From the sequence record PQ471515.1: a stretch of DNA of 64,000 nucleotides. The stretch is one strand, 5' to 3'. Positions 1 to 15,700 of this stretch are shown piece after piece. Every line of letters begins with the position of its first letter. Position 1 is the stretch's first letter. The notes beneath the pieces were generated by a model. The model had not been told where the DNA came from. It made no database searches and was given only the letters and a program-made list of their open reading frames with translations. Position numbers and translations under genes: made by a program.

Positions 1-758
<758 letters not shown>

Positions 759-782
759 AATCTTATTGTTATTTTTATAAAG

Positions 783-788
783 TATTTA
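783..788 (-). promoter_or_regulatory. Late-type promoter (TAAATA) for the holin-like gene
   Basis: TATTTA on + strand, about 80 nt upstream of the minus-strand ORF; matches the core of T4 late TATAAATA. Confidence 0.4.
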
Positions 789-835
789 CCCAAATTTACG
801 TTTTTTTGATAGTTTATATGGAGTTAAAGTAATAA

Positions 836-2144
<1,309 letters not shown>

Positions 2145-2166
2145 AGTGTAATAATCAGTCGAGGGA

Positions 2167-3510
2167 ATGATGAGTAAAATCAAGCTTACGGATAAGCAAC
2201 AAGAAATTTTTGATAATTTTGTAGATCGTGTTTATAATTATGCAGGTAAAACTATATCTGTACTGTCAGCACCAGCGGGTACAGGTAAAACTTTCACTAC
2301 TGCTGAGATTGTTAAAGCACTGTGTAAAAATTACAATATTGCAGTAACATCGCCAACACACAAGGCAAACTCCGTTATTCGCAATATGCTAATCAACAAT
2401 GCTGGGTTAACTAAAGAAGATGCACAGGTTAGTACTATTCACTCATTTCTAGGTTTAAAACTAGTATATGAAAAGAATCGTCAAGTACTGAAGCATGACC
2501 CACAAAGTAAAGTTAGTAATACTAATGTTGATATTCTAATTGTCGATGAATGTAGTATGATTTCAGAAGAACTGTTTCAACACATTCAGGATCAATTGTG
2601 GCGTGTTCGCCGAGCGGTTTTATTCATCGGTGATCGCTGTCAGTTGCCTCCAGTTGAATCAGAAGGCACAATAGGAGAAACTAAGCTTTCCCCTGCTTTT
2701 GATGTTCCAGTACAATATGAATTAACAGAAGTTTTACGTCAAGCGTTGGATAACCCTATACTTGCAATTGCAACTGCAATCCGCGAGTGTATAGGTACTT
2801 CCAAGAACCCGTTTGATATTATGCACCAGACACATGGTCTGAGTACTATTACGCCAATTGAAGATGAAGATCTTTTCTTGGAAGTTTACCGTGAATTCAT
2901 TATGGAGAACAAAGGTTCAGCTAAGAAGATATTTGATTTTGTTAATGAAAATAAAATTTTGGCATACACCAACTACCGTGTGAACTTGGCTAACATCTAC
3001 ATTCGTAGCCAATTGTTTGAAGTACCAGAGGAATTCACAAAAGGTGAACCGATTGTCTTTGAAAGCATCACTGAGAACAGTCCATATGTGGTTCAGCAAA
3101 TCATCCAATGTCCTGATGTGAAAACCGAAAGTTTCATGGGTATTGATTGTTGGCAATTCCGTTTACCAAATGGTAGCTACATCTTAGGTGTAGGACCAGA
3201 AACGAGAATTGCAATGGAAGCTAAACTCGATGAACTAGTTAAAAATATTGAGAAAAAAGAAATCAATCCATTGACAAAGAAACCATATATGTGGCAAGAT
3301 TACTATGTGATTAAAAACAAATTACATATTATCAACTATCCTTATGCAACAACTGTTCACAAATCACAAGGAAGTACATTCGATAACATCTGGTTTGATA
3401 CTGATTTTATTGAGCGTATTGGCACTAATGATACAAAATGTAGAATCCTATATACTGCAATGACACGACCGCGTTACAATGTTATGTTGCGTCAGAATGC
3501 ACGATTCTAA
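2167..3510 (+). CDS. dda: Dda/RecD-like SF1B DNA helicase
   Basis: Walker A APAGTGKT, TIHSFLGL, IVDECSMI, IGDRCQLPPV, YATTVHKSQGSTF, LYTAMTR. Confidence 0.92.
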   Translation: MMSKIKLTDKQQEIFDNFVDRVYNYAGKTISVLSAPAGTGKTFTTAEIVKALCKNYNIAVTSPTHKANSVIRNMLINNAGLTKEDAQVSTIHSFLGLKLVYEKNRQVLKHDPQSKVSNTNVDILIVDECSMISEELFQHIQDQLWRVRRAVLFIGDRCQLPPVESEGTIGETKLSPAFDVPVQYELTEVLRQALDNPILAIATAIRECIGTSKNPFDIMHQTHGLSTITPIEDEDLFLEVYREFIMENKGSAKKIFDFVNENKILAYTNYRVNLANIYIRSQLFEVPEEFTKGEPIVFESITENSPYVVQQIIQCPDVKTESFMGIDCWQFRLPNGSYILGVGPETRIAMEAKLDELVKNIEKKEINPLTKKPYMWQDYYVIKNKLHIINYPYATTVHKSQGSTFDNIWFDTDFIERIGTNDTKCRILYTAMTRPRYNVMLRQNARF

Positions 3511-3550
3511 TAGACTAAATGATATACACAAATAATTTTGATTCTTAACA

Positions 3551-3557
3551 ATAAATA
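3551..3557 (+). promoter_or_regulatory. Late-type promoter ATAAATA
   Basis: Intergenic, about 40 nt upstream of ATG 3594. Confidence 0.45.
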
Positions 3558-3593
3558 ATCAAAAGTGTTTTGTATTATGGAGAAGAATATACA

Positions 3594-4160
3594 ATGAACA
3601 ATTTACTACAAGTATTCAAAATTGAAGTTGCAGGGACAAATCTAGATAATATTCCTTATTATATGTATGAAGATTATGATTCATCTTCCCCAACAACTGC
3701 ACCAACCGACCAACAAACAATTGACAAGTCTGTAGCACTACTACGTTACCTACAAGTTACACGTCTACTATCAACTTATTCTGTCCCAGTGTATTGTACT
3801 GTTGAATTTGCTACCCCAGGCACAGCAGCAACTATTCCAACTGGTGCAACCATCAATGTGGGTTATATCAGCTACGAGCCATTCCTAAGCACTCTAAGTG
3901 TTGAAGAACAAGCTGCACTAACCACTGTTGATCTTAAAACTGCTAAAGCAGCAGAAGTTATTCAAGAATTGTTAAACGAATCACTTAAAGGTGATGGTAC
4001 TAACGCAATTGAGAATGAAGAAATTTCTGTACAGAAAACAATCCAACGTGTTAAAGATGCACTATCTACTACCACTGTTGATTTCATTGAGTACGAGAAT
4101 GTGTACTTAAACGTACCTTCTGTAACTGATGCTGCTGTAGTTTCTTACGTAAAATTATAA
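3594..4160 (+). CDS. Hypothetical protein, probably late/virion
   Basis: Thr/Ala/Val-rich acidic ORF, GGAG SD, late-type promoter; start moved to 3594. Confidence 0.75.
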   Translation: MNNLLQVFKIEVAGTNLDNIPYYMYEDYDSSSPTTAPTDQQTIDKSVALLRYLQVTRLLSTYSVPVYCTVEFATPGTAATIPTGATINVGYISYEPFLSTLSVEEQAALTTVDLKTAKAAEVIQELLNESLKGDGTNAIENEEISVQKTIQRVKDALSTTTVDFIEYENVYLNVPSVTDAAVVSYVKL

Positions 4161-4183
4161 TTTAACCACATGGAGTTCTTGAC

Positions 4184-4378
4184 ATGACTGACAAAACCTT
4201 TTATGATCGTATTATTGAAGACAAGGGTGTTTTCGATAAAGTAGTTTATGACTTAGAACTTATGATCAAAGACGCACCAAATCCACGTGTGCGTACTCAA
4301 GCAGAGTTTGCTAAAACTTATCTAGTGCAAGTTCAAGCAATCTGTGAAGCAATTAAAAAACATAATGATAGTGCTTGA
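4184..4378 (+). CDS. Hypothetical protein
   Basis: 64 aa, GGAG SD. Confidence 0.7.
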   Translation: MTDKTFYDRIIEDKGVFDKVVYDLELMIKDAPNPRVRTQAEFAKTYLVQVQAICEAIKKHNDSA

Positions 4379-4403
4379 CAGAACATTAGTTCTTAGCTAT
4401 AAT
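4375..4403 (+). promoter_or_regulatory. Sigma70-type early promoter
   Basis: TTGACA-N17-TATAAT perfect consensus upstream of infC. Confidence 0.85.
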
Positions 4404-4447
4404 TACTATCGAATTGAACATTAAAACCATATCGGAGCTTTTATTAC

Positions 4448-5510
<1,063 letters not shown>

Positions 5511-5523
5511 CAGTATATAACCT

Positions 5524-7690
<2,167 letters not shown>

Positions 7691-7691
<1 letters not shown>

Positions 7692-8485
7692 TGCCAAGTA
7701 AAAGTAAAAGCCAAGCGAAATTCTTCGCTGCTGCTGCCCATAATCCTGAATTCGCCAAAAAAGCAGGTATTTCACAAAGTGCAGCTAAAGAGTGGAATGC
7801 CGCTGACGAAAAAGAGGGAAATCTTAAGAAAGGTTCAAAACTCCCTAATAAGGTAAAAGAATCTAGTATGCGTGGTTTGGTTGATATTGTACAAGATGCA
7901 GAATTAGCTGATACAGAAGACAGAACTAGTGATATAATGGATTCATGTGAAGAAGAACATAAAGAGAAATTGGAAGAAATGCCACAACGTTTCGATAGTT
8001 TCCACGGCCAAGACCGTGACGAGTTCGTTGACAAAACTGCCGAGATGACAGGTAAGCACAACATGGTCAAGTTCGCAGAACACAAAGATTATGATGTGTT
8101 TATGAATAAGAATGGTACTGGGTTTATTGCCTATGATAAGGCTGGTAAACAGCTTGCTATCGTTAGTGGACATTTGTCTAATGATGCGGTAGTAGGTGTA
8201 CCACAAGTGTTTGAGATTGCTGCTACGGCCTCCAAAACTGGCACTAAAGGTATCATCTATAATATCTTTATGGATATGGTTGCTCATGGTATTAAAGTAC
8301 TAAGCGACAGTCTTCACACTGATGATGCAATTAAATTCTGGACCCGTTTGATTGGTTCACACCAAGTCTACATTGTTGGTGGTGGTGAAGTACTGGCTAA
8401 GGCTAGTCCAGAGAAGGTTCACAAGTACTGGAGTGATGATGAATTTAGTCCTAGTGCTGAATTACAATTACTTCTGGTAAAATAA
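7691..8485 (+). CDS. Hypothetical protein, basic N-terminus and possible GNAT-like C-terminal domain
   Basis: MPSKSKSQAKFFAAAAHNPEFAKK N-terminus; C-terminal KG..YNIF....VLSD..HT.DA.KFW..L pattern. Confidence 0.55.
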
Positions 8486-8490
8486 TAATT

Positions 8491-8522
8491 GTCGGGACAT
8501 TTAATGTCCCGATATTTTTTTT
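8491..8522 (+). terminator. Rho-independent terminator
   Basis: TCGGGACAT/ATGTCCCGA stem plus T-run. Confidence 0.8.
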
Positions 8523-8550
8523 GAGACAAACAAAGCATTGATGATACAAT
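8523..8550 (+). promoter_or_regulatory. Class-2 promoter GAGACA-N13-TGA-TACAAT
   Basis: Same architecture at 39185, 44678 and 61474; upstream of the topoisomerase genes. Confidence 0.6.
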
Positions 8551-8585
8551 GTTGCATGACAAAGAGACATTAAAAAGGAATTCAA

Positions 8586-10550
8586 ATGGCTAAGAAAGAA
8601 AGTGCTGTTCTTCAGGAACATGATGTACAACGTCTAAACGATTATCAACATGCTCGCTTGCGTACTGAGATGTATCTGGGTTCACGTTCTGTTCACGAAA
8701 GTCAAGTACTGATCTTTGGTGAGTCTGGATATGAAGTTAAAAACGTTGAGTGGGTTCCTGCAATTCTAACTGCTACTCGTGAAATTATCGATAACAGCTT
8801 AGATGAATTTAAAAAAGCTGGTACAAAAGAGCCAGTACTCAAAGTTGATTTCAATGAAGAAGAGTTATCCTTTGAGATCAGTGATAATGGTCGTGGTATT
8901 CCAATTGACTATGTTCCTGAGTATCAGAAAAACCTATGTACAATGGTAATGACTGAAACTAAAACTGGTCGTAACTTTGATGATTCGAAGCGTGATGAAA
9001 CAATCGGTCAGAATGGTTTGGGTGGTTCAGTTGCAATGATTGTAAGTTCTAAAGCTGAACTTGAAATCCATCGCCAAGGTCGCCCGTATAAAACACAAAG
9101 TAGCAATGACGGATATGACGGTTTTTATAAGTTCAATCAGAAGTTCGAAGAAGGAACTATTATGTTTCCTGAACTTCATGTACATGAACCAACTATTCGT
9201 AAGGTTCAAGCAGATAAGACTGGAACAACAATTCGCTTCACTTTGAGTTCAGAGGTATTTCCGAACCGTAAACTACCAACCGAATTGCTATACAGTATTT
9301 TGAAAGAAATGTCTGCTGCTAACCCTACCTATAAGATTTTCCTTAACGGTAAGCGTATTGCAATTAAAGGAACTACCGAAAAAGCACTATTCAACGCATC
9401 TAAACTGATGCAATTGAACGTTAAAGATGAATCATTCAACTTTAACAGTACTTTCTACATTGTTCCTAATGCAGTATCGGGTATGAACAATAACTTCCAT
9501 ATGCATGGTTTGGTTAACAATGCCCCAGCATTTGATGGTGGTACACATCTTGATACATTCAAGAAATTCTTCTCATTAGGAGTAGGAACTGCTCTAGAGA
9601 AAGAATCAAAGAAACGTAAGATGAAACCTAACCGTTCTGATATTGAAGAAGGTCTGTTGATTTATAACGTAACAACGATGAAAGCACCATCATTCAACTC
9701 ACAGATTAAATCAAAACTAACCAACGAAAACGTTATTCGTCCAATTCAACAAGCGATGAATTCCGAGTGGTTTGATGAATTAGTCAAGAAGAACAAAGAG
9801 TGGATTGATGAGATTTTTGAACGCTGTGCTGCTCGTACCAACAAGAAAGATGCTGAAGAAGATCGTCGCCTAGCCAAAAAACTACTGAAAGGTAAAGTTG
9901 CAAAACTACTTGACAGTACTGGCACAGATCGTTCCACCTGCATCCTACTAATTGCTGAGGGTGATTCTGCTATTTCCAACATGGCAAGTGCTCGTGATCC
10001 TAAAGTTCATGGTATTCTACCATTGCGTGGTAAGATTATGAACGTCAGTGGTAATGAGAAAACCAAAGAACTAATGGATTCAATGGCATTGCATGATATA
10101 ATGGCAAGTATCAACCTGATTCCAGGTGTAAAAGCTGACCGAGCAGACCTTAACTATGGTAAGCTTTATATCTGTGCCGACGAAGATGAGGATGGAAAGA
10201 ACATTGGTGCTCTAGTGTGTAACTTCCTATACAAATTCTGGCCTGAACTGTTCCAAGACCCTGAGAATCCATTTGTATATGTATTCAAAACGCCATTCAT
10301 CATTTTAGAGAAAGGTAAAGAATCCAAATACTATTATGGTCATGACGTGCATGAATACAATCCAGATGATTGGAAAGGTTGGAAAGCAACCCGTGCGAAA
10401 GGGTTGGGTACTTTAGAAAAAGCAAACTTCCGTGATGCATTCACTAACAGTGTTGCAGTAGCGATTACTGATGATGGTCGCCTTGGTGAAACTCTTGATT
10501 TGATTTTCAACAAGAAACGTGCTGATGATCGTAAGAACTGGATGGAATAA
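8586..10550 (+). CDS. gp39: DNA topoisomerase II large subunit (GHKL ATPase plus TOPRIM; T4 gp39+gp60-like)
   Basis: EIIDNSLDE, DNGRGIP, GQNGLG, LIAEGDSA, PLRGKIMNV, ICADEDEDG, KGLGT. Confidence 0.95.
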   Translation: MAKKESAVLQEHDVQRLNDYQHARLRTEMYLGSRSVHESQVLIFGESGYEVKNVEWVPAILTATREIIDNSLDEFKKAGTKEPVLKVDFNEEELSFEISDNGRGIPIDYVPEYQKNLCTMVMTETKTGRNFDDSKRDETIGQNGLGGSVAMIVSSKAELEIHRQGRPYKTQSSNDGYDGFYKFNQKFEEGTIMFPELHVHEPTIRKVQADKTGTTIRFTLSSEVFPNRKLPTELLYSILKEMSAANPTYKIFLNGKRIAIKGTTEKALFNASKLMQLNVKDESFNFNSTFYIVPNAVSGMNNNFHMHGLVNNAPAFDGGTHLDTFKKFFSLGVGTALEKESKKRKMKPNRSDIEEGLLIYNVTTMKAPSFNSQIKSKLTNENVIRPIQQAMNSEWFDELVKKNKEWIDEIFERCAARTNKKDAEEDRRLAKKLLKGKVAKLLDSTGTDRSTCILLIAEGDSAISNMASARDPKVHGILPLRGKIMNVSGNEKTKELMDSMALHDIMASINLIPGVKADRADLNYGKLYICADEDEDGKNIGALVCNFLYKFWPELFQDPENPFVYVFKTPFIILEKGKESKYYYGHDVHEYNPDDWKGWKATRAKGLGTLEKANFRDAFTNSVAVAITDDGRLGETLDLIFNKKRADDRKNWME

Positions 10551-10561
10551 TATAGATTAAT

Positions 10562-10584
10562 GGGGAACATGGTGTTCCCCTTTT
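10562..10584 (+). terminator. Hairpin/terminator between the topoisomerase genes
   Basis: GGGGAACA/TGTTCCCC plus TTTT. Confidence 0.6.
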
Positions 10585-10600
10585 ACAAAGAGACAATGGA

Positions 10601-12013
10601 ATGGCTAAAAGTAAAAAAACCGAAAATCAAAGCATCGATAACCAAACACTAACTCTACTAGATTATAACAGTTCTGATTATGTGAATACCACATCACTAG
10701 AATATTCAATGTACACATTAGACCGTGCAATCCCTGGGATTGATGGCCTTAAGAGTTCACAGCGTAAAGCAATCTTCACCCTCTCAAAAGTTAGTGGTGA
10801 AATCAAAACTGTATCATGTGCTGGTAAAATGATTAGTGATGGTATCTATCTACACGGTGATACATCTGCATCTGGTACTCTCCAGAACCTAGCATCACCA
10901 GTGGTAAACAACTACCCACTCATTGGTAAACGTGGTGGTTTTGGTACACAAGTAAACAGTACTCCAGCTTCTGCTCGTTATACTTATGTCAAAAAGAATA
11001 AAAGTACTGAAATGTTAGTACTGCGTGACTCTGACATTATTCCAATGAAAGAGAACTATGATGGTACTACAATGGAACCAAGTTTCTTTTTACCTATCAT
11101 CCCACTATCTTTATTTGGTAACGATAGTATGTCAGTAGGTTATAAGAGTACAATTCTACCACATAAGATTGAAGATGTTATTGATAACTGTATTCGTGCT
11201 ATTGATAAAAAACCATTAAAAGAAATGACTCCATACTATGTTTCATGTGGTGCAAGTGATATCGTAACTAAGCTTGATGAAAACAAATATGAGTTCTATG
11301 GTAAAGCACAAGTAATTGATGCCAGTACTGTTAAAGTGACAGGTCTACCACCAAACTACAGTATTGAGAAATTCATCGAGAAACTCATTAAGATGAGCGA
11401 TGATGGTGATATTCGTGATTATGATAATGATAGTACTGATGTTATTGATATCACAATCAAACTACCACGCGGTACATCTGCCAAATGGGTAGAAAAAGAC
11501 GTAATTGAATACTTTGGTATTCATAAGAAAATGACACAAATTCTAACTGTTCTAGGTGAGAATGGTAAGGTTAAAGTCTATGATAACACAATGGATTTGA
11601 TTAAGGACTTTGTTGAATTCCGTTTCAAATACTATGTGAAACGCTATGAGAAGAAACTTGATGATTGTGCTGCTGAAGTGCGTTATAAGATTCTAATCAA
11701 AGAATGTTTTGATAATGATATGATTGCTAAGGTTAAGGGTTTTGCTAACCGTTCAGAAATGGTTGAGTTTGTTAAATCATTAAACACTGAAATCGAAGCA
11801 ACCGATGAGAATATTCAAAGCATCGTAAACTTCCCATCATATCGTTGGACCCAAGACAATTATCAATCAGTACTAGCTGATATTCAACATAACTTGGATT
11901 TAATGGATGAATATAACAATCTCCTGTCGAATCATGATTTGATTTGGAACATCTATAAAGATGAGTTGAAAGAACTACGTAAGATTGACTTCACGCCAAA
12001 AACTGAAGATTGA
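10601..12013 (+). CDS. gp52: DNA topoisomerase II medium subunit (T4 gp52/GyrA-like)
   Basis: RAIPGIDGLKSSQRK, YLHGD.S, G.FG, ASARYT catalytic Tyr, EP.FFLPIIP. Confidence 0.95.
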   Translation: MAKSKKTENQSIDNQTLTLLDYNSSDYVNTTSLEYSMYTLDRAIPGIDGLKSSQRKAIFTLSKVSGEIKTVSCAGKMISDGIYLHGDTSASGTLQNLASPVVNNYPLIGKRGGFGTQVNSTPASARYTYVKKNKSTEMLVLRDSDIIPMKENYDGTTMEPSFFLPIIPLSLFGNDSMSVGYKSTILPHKIEDVIDNCIRAIDKKPLKEMTPYYVSCGASDIVTKLDENKYEFYGKAQVIDASTVKVTGLPPNYSIEKFIEKLIKMSDDGDIRDYDNDSTDVIDITIKLPRGTSAKWVEKDVIEYFGIHKKMTQILTVLGENGKVKVYDNTMDLIKDFVEFRFKYYVKRYEKKLDDCAAEVRYKILIKECFDNDMIAKVKGFANRSEMVEFVKSLNTEIEATDENIQSIVNFPSYRWTQDNYQSVLADIQHNLDLMDEYNNLLSNHDLIWNIYKDELKELRKIDFTPKTED

Positions 12014-12020
12014 TTATAAA

Positions 12021-12063
12021 CAGGGAAGACCTTTATGGGTCTTCCTTGTCCTTTATATAAATA
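12021..12063 (+). promoter_or_regulatory. Terminator hairpin followed by a perfect T4-type late promoter TATAAATA (12056-12063)
   Basis: CAGGGAAGACC/GGTCTTCCTTG stem; TATAAATA. Confidence 0.75.
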
Positions 12064-12101
12064 ATCTATAGATAATGGTAGCTTGGCTATGGAGAATTAT
12101 A

Positions 12102-14498
12102 ATGACAACTTTTACCCCTAGATGGGATATAAAAGCCGATGCTCGATATATACAAGAAGGACAAGACATTCTTGTGCGTTTGAGTATCAACAAAGAAACC
12201 ACAACGGATGATAGTTATATACTTAATGAAAACGAATACTTAGAGATGATTCTAACTATTCAGGGTTTGGACAGTTCTGATGCAGTATTTCAACCAGAAG
12301 ATCACTACGCAGTGTATGTTGGAAATGATGAATCTAATCTCACACCTATATCATCAGGTATTACTGGTAACAAGTTGATTAATGGTAAGCACAAATGTAA
12401 AATTGATAAAACTCAATTTGATCTATCGGCAAGCACTAATACCGAAGATGTTTATTTTATTAAATTGCATTGTAAAGATGATGGTACATTTAACAACTCT
12501 GAACAGATTAACTTTTATCTTCAAGCAGTAAATGTTATGTACTATGGTAACATTTCCCCTAGTGGTGAAATTGGTTCAAATGAAGTAACAATTGAATATG
12601 ATAGCCAGGAAGTGTGGGTTACTCCTGGAATCGAAATCGGTGATGATGACAAATTATATTGTATTGGCGATATTGAATACGGTTCCAACAGTACTTTATT
12701 TGTACAGGGATTTGGTCGCCGTCGTCCATTTATTTTAGGAACTGATACATCAACTGACCTATCTCCTAGAGTATTTTATCCAGCGTATCGTCTACTCGAT
12801 ATGACCCCAGCAGAAGTTCCTGCTCGCCACATTACTGATGATTATGCAATCCTACGTCCTATTGATAATATATGGCCTGTATTTGGTATTAATAAAGAAA
12901 TTAAGGTTAATATTCAAACTAGCTCTGGGGAGTTACTAGATTCAGGATTGGTTTTCAACCCAAATGGACAATTTCTGCAAACATTCCTATATGACTCTGA
13001 TGCATGTGATGCATATTTCAAAGTTGAAATTGTTGATATTTTGAGTACATATAGTTATGACACTGACCGCTTCGCTATAAACCAACGTTTCAAAGCATAT
13101 CAAATGTGGGTATGTCCAGACAATGTAGATGGTATATACGCTGATGGTGATAAACCTTTACCTAATCATTTGTATCAGTTGAAAGATAACGTTGTATATC
13201 CATATGTAATCTCTGGTGAATATGATCTAGGTGAAACAAAGCCAGTGTTTAAAAGTTCAGATTGGATTGATTTAGGATATTATGATTCAAGCTTAGGTGA
13301 GAATATTATAGGTGAAGAGAAGATGTTCCGTGTTCTAGTGAACGCAGAAGAAGGAAACTCAATAGACTTCACAACTGATAGTGATTTAGGTAGTATTCAT
13401 GTGGGTGAATATTTCGGTCACAGTACTTATCCACAAATACAAACTACCAGTACTAATCAGGTATCTTATGTATTAGATGGTGGACCTGATGATATTCGCA
13501 AATATGGTTTGGACCTCACCGCAGATGGGTTCTTGGTCGGGACGGCATATGCAAAAAGTTTAGATTTCAGTGCAAATGATGATATAAATTTAGAATTCAA
13601 CATCAAAGCATATGACACTGAAGGTGGTGTTGCGTCCAAGTTATTTAAACTTAAAATTGTACGTGGTTTTGGACAAAACTACTTAAGTGCACATATTGTA
13701 CCTTCTGTTTATTTTGAACGTGAATGGTTTAAGTGTATTAGTACACCATCATTTACAAATCAAGCTTTCCATCGTCAATCAGATGATAGATACGGGTTAC
13801 AAAAAGTACCACGTATTTTATTAAAAGAAAACTTTTTGAGTCAGAACTATACTTACACTACGTTGAGTGATATTAAAAAAGTACTTAGGGAAAATATCAT
13901 AAACCAAACTGGTGCAACTATACCTGATGGGAAATTTAGAATGGTAATGGGAAACTATAAAGTAATGTCAGCACTTGACAACCAAGGTAACTTGCAGTAT
14001 GATATATTATACCGTGAAGTTTTACCCGCAGGTTCATTGGTGTCGGTTTCTAAGAATCCAAGAAGTTACACGCAAATTGATAACGGAACACTCGGTGAAA
14101 TATTTGGCTTGCGTCAAAATATTTTTGCAGCAATTGGCGAAGACACAACTAACCTTGTGAAAGACCCAACTGATTTACAAAACCGTGGTTTGTATGTAGA
14201 TGCTATACCTGGAATTTCTGATGAGATGCTAGATACTGTTCCTCGCTTCATGAATCACCCATACGAAGAAGATGGAGTTAAAAAGAAATTCATGCCAATC
14301 ATTCCAGTTGCATACTGTGCACCAGGAAAGGGTGAAGCATTCTTTAACACTTTACTTCAGAACAATGAACATGGTAAGATGGTTGGTGTTGAGTTTGAAA
14401 TCACAGGAGTTGAATTTGGATTCTTTGCACATGAATCCGAAAACTACGTTCATGATACATTTATGATTTCATTACAAAACAGCAATTTAGGAGGATGA
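12102..14498 (+). CDS. Large putative virion structural protein (Ig-like segment; possibly baseplate)
   Basis: About 800 aa, acidic and beta-rich; GLDLTADGFLVGT...LEFNIKAYD resembles an Ig/cadherin-like repeat; late promoter; start moved to the ATG after GGAG. Confidence 0.6.
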   Translation: MTTFTPRWDIKADARYIQEGQDILVRLSINKETTTDDSYILNENEYLEMILTIQGLDSSDAVFQPEDHYAVYVGNDESNLTPISSGITGNKLINGKHKCKIDKTQFDLSASTNTEDVYFIKLHCKDDGTFNNSEQINFYLQAVNVMYYGNISPSGEIGSNEVTIEYDSQEVWVTPGIEIGDDDKLYCIGDIEYGSNSTLFVQGFGRRRPFILGTDTSTDLSPRVFYPAYRLLDMTPAEVPARHITDDYAILRPIDNIWPVFGINKEIKVNIQTSSGELLDSGLVFNPNGQFLQTFLYDSDACDAYFKVEIVDILSTYSYDTDRFAINQRFKAYQMWVCPDNVDGIYADGDKPLPNHLYQLKDNVVYPYVISGEYDLGETKPVFKSSDWIDLGYYDSSLGENIIGEEKMFRVLVNAEEGNSIDFTTDSDLGSIHVGEYFGHSTYPQIQTTSTNQVSYVLDGGPDDIRKYGLDLTADGFLVGTAYAKSLDFSANDDINLEFNIKAYDTEGGVASKLFKLKIVRGFGQNYLSAHIVPSVYFEREWFKCISTPSFTNQAFHRQSDDRYGLQKVPRILLKENFLSQNYTYTTLSDIKKVLRENIINQTGATIPDGKFRMVMGNYKVMSALDNQGNLQYDILYREVLPAGSLVSVSKNPRSYTQIDNGTLGEIFGLRQNIFAAIGEDTTNLVKDPTDLQNRGLYVDAIPGISDEMLDTVPRFMNHPYEEDGVKKKFMPIIPVAYCAPGKGEAFFNTLLQNNEHGKMVGVEFEITGVEFGFFAHESENYVHDTFMISLQNSNLGG

Positions 14499-14499
14499 T

Positions 14500-14811
14500 A
14501 TGTTCAATCCATTTTTTGATCCATCAACCATGACCGAGAAAGAGTTACAATTGAAAATTAACGAACAATCGATGCGTATTACGTCTGCTCGTGCAGCAGG
14601 TATGAGTGATATGATTGTTGGTAACATGCAAACCGTTCTGAATCAGTGCTATGCTGAATTAGAGATTCGTCAGGGACAAAAAGAAAAAACCTCCTATGAC
14701 GAGCAAGACCCATGTATATTTGACATGAACTCTTACTTAACTGATAACGAAGAGGATCAGAAGAAGAAAAATGAAAGTACAAGGAAACAGATTTATAAGT
14801 CCCAATGGTGA
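14500..14811 (+). CDS. Hypothetical protein
   Basis: 103 aa, GGAGG SD, coupled to neighbours. Confidence 0.75.
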   Translation: MFNPFFDPSTMTEKELQLKINEQSMRITSARAAGMSDMIVGNMQTVLNQCYAELEIRQGQKEKTSYDEQDPCIFDMNSYLTDNEEDQKKKNESTRKQIYKSQW

Positions 14812-15289
14812 TGTAAAATGTAACCTTAATGCAGTCGTGTATGCAATCAACTGTGGTGCAGATATTCAGTACTTACAGCTACAGGAGATTGATGAACCGG
14901 AACGATTGAAATTTAACGATAATTGTAAAAAATTTGGTTTAGAACAGCGTATGCTGGATTATACAATAGAACATGATAAAAACCATGAGCTATGGCGTTA
15001 TGATCCAGTGTACGATAATATCAACTTGCGTGAGTACTTTTTACAGAAATGTACATCGGATGAAGCCCGTGAACGTGTAATGTATGAGATTGATTTGTTT
15101 GAACATTACAACATGACTAAGCTTTTAAGATGTATGATCTGGTTAGTTGATTATATGGAAGAGCACAATATTTTTTGGGGTCTTGGACGTGGCAGTTCAG
15201 TGGCTTCGTATTGTTTGTTCCTGATTGATTTGCATATGGTTGATTCTTTGAAGTATAAACTAGATGTAAATGAATTTTTGAAATGGTAG
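14771..15289 (+). CDS. Stand-alone fragment of DNA polymerase III alpha (DnaE-like, GRGS region only)
   Basis: RVMYEIDLFE...WLVDYMEEHNIFWGLGRGSSVASYCLFLIDLHMVDSLKY matches the DnaE PGRGS block; ends before the PDxDxD motif. Confidence 0.8.
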   Translation: MKVQGNRFISPNGDVKCNLNAVVYAINCGADIQYLQLQEIDEPERLKFNDNCKKFGLEQRMLDYTIEHDKNHELWRYDPVYDNINLREYFLQKCTSDEARERVMYEIDLFEHYNMTKLLRCMIWLVDYMEEHNIFWGLGRGSSVASYCLFLIDLHMVDSLKYKLDVNEFLKW

Positions 15290-15352
15290 AAAAACATGTG
15301 ATATAATGTTGTTTGAGGCGTTATATCACTCACATAGAAAAAGGATTTTTAT

Positions 15353-15697
15353 ATGTCAAAACACACAACTTATCGTGGAACCACCATTGATATGGATATG
15401 CTAAAGTATCAAAACCAGCACCAAGTAGCACTAGGTAATGCAAACCTAAATGCTCGTGGTGATAAGATTGGTTCAGGTGGTACGGTCATTAAAACCCGTG
15501 AAGAACTAATCCAAGAAAAAGAACGTGAAATGCAAATTCCTGATTTCATTCCTGAACACCAACTTCACAGTGCTGAATATAGTACTGAAGAAGTATGGGA
15601 TGATGAAAGCTTTGAAGTTCAACCACAAGAACCAGAAGTTGAAGTATCTGAAGAGAAGAAAGCTCCACGCAGAGCAAAAACTAAAGATCAGGAGTAA
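15353..15697 (+). CDS. Hypothetical protein
   Basis: 114 aa, AAGGA SD, extended -10 TGATATAAT at 15299-15307. Confidence 0.75.
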   Translation: MSKHTTYRGTTIDMDMLKYQNQHQVALGNANLNARGDKIGSGGTVIKTREELIQEKEREMQIPDFIPEHQLHSAEYSTEEVWDDESFEVQPQEPEVEVSEEKKAPRRAKTKDQE

Positions 15698-15700
15698 TTC

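Noticed and set aside
8586-12013. Introns, inteins or a T4-gp60-like ribosomal bypass in the topoisomerase genes
   Set aside because: Both ORFs are continuous, of expected length, and carry all motifs in one frame.
15353-15400. IDMDM (DxD) near the N-terminus of the ORF after the DnaE fragment as the missing catalytic motif
   Set aside because: No preceding Pro-Asp and no further DnaE-like sequence. The ORF has its own promoter and an acidic disordered tail, so it is unlikely to be the other half.
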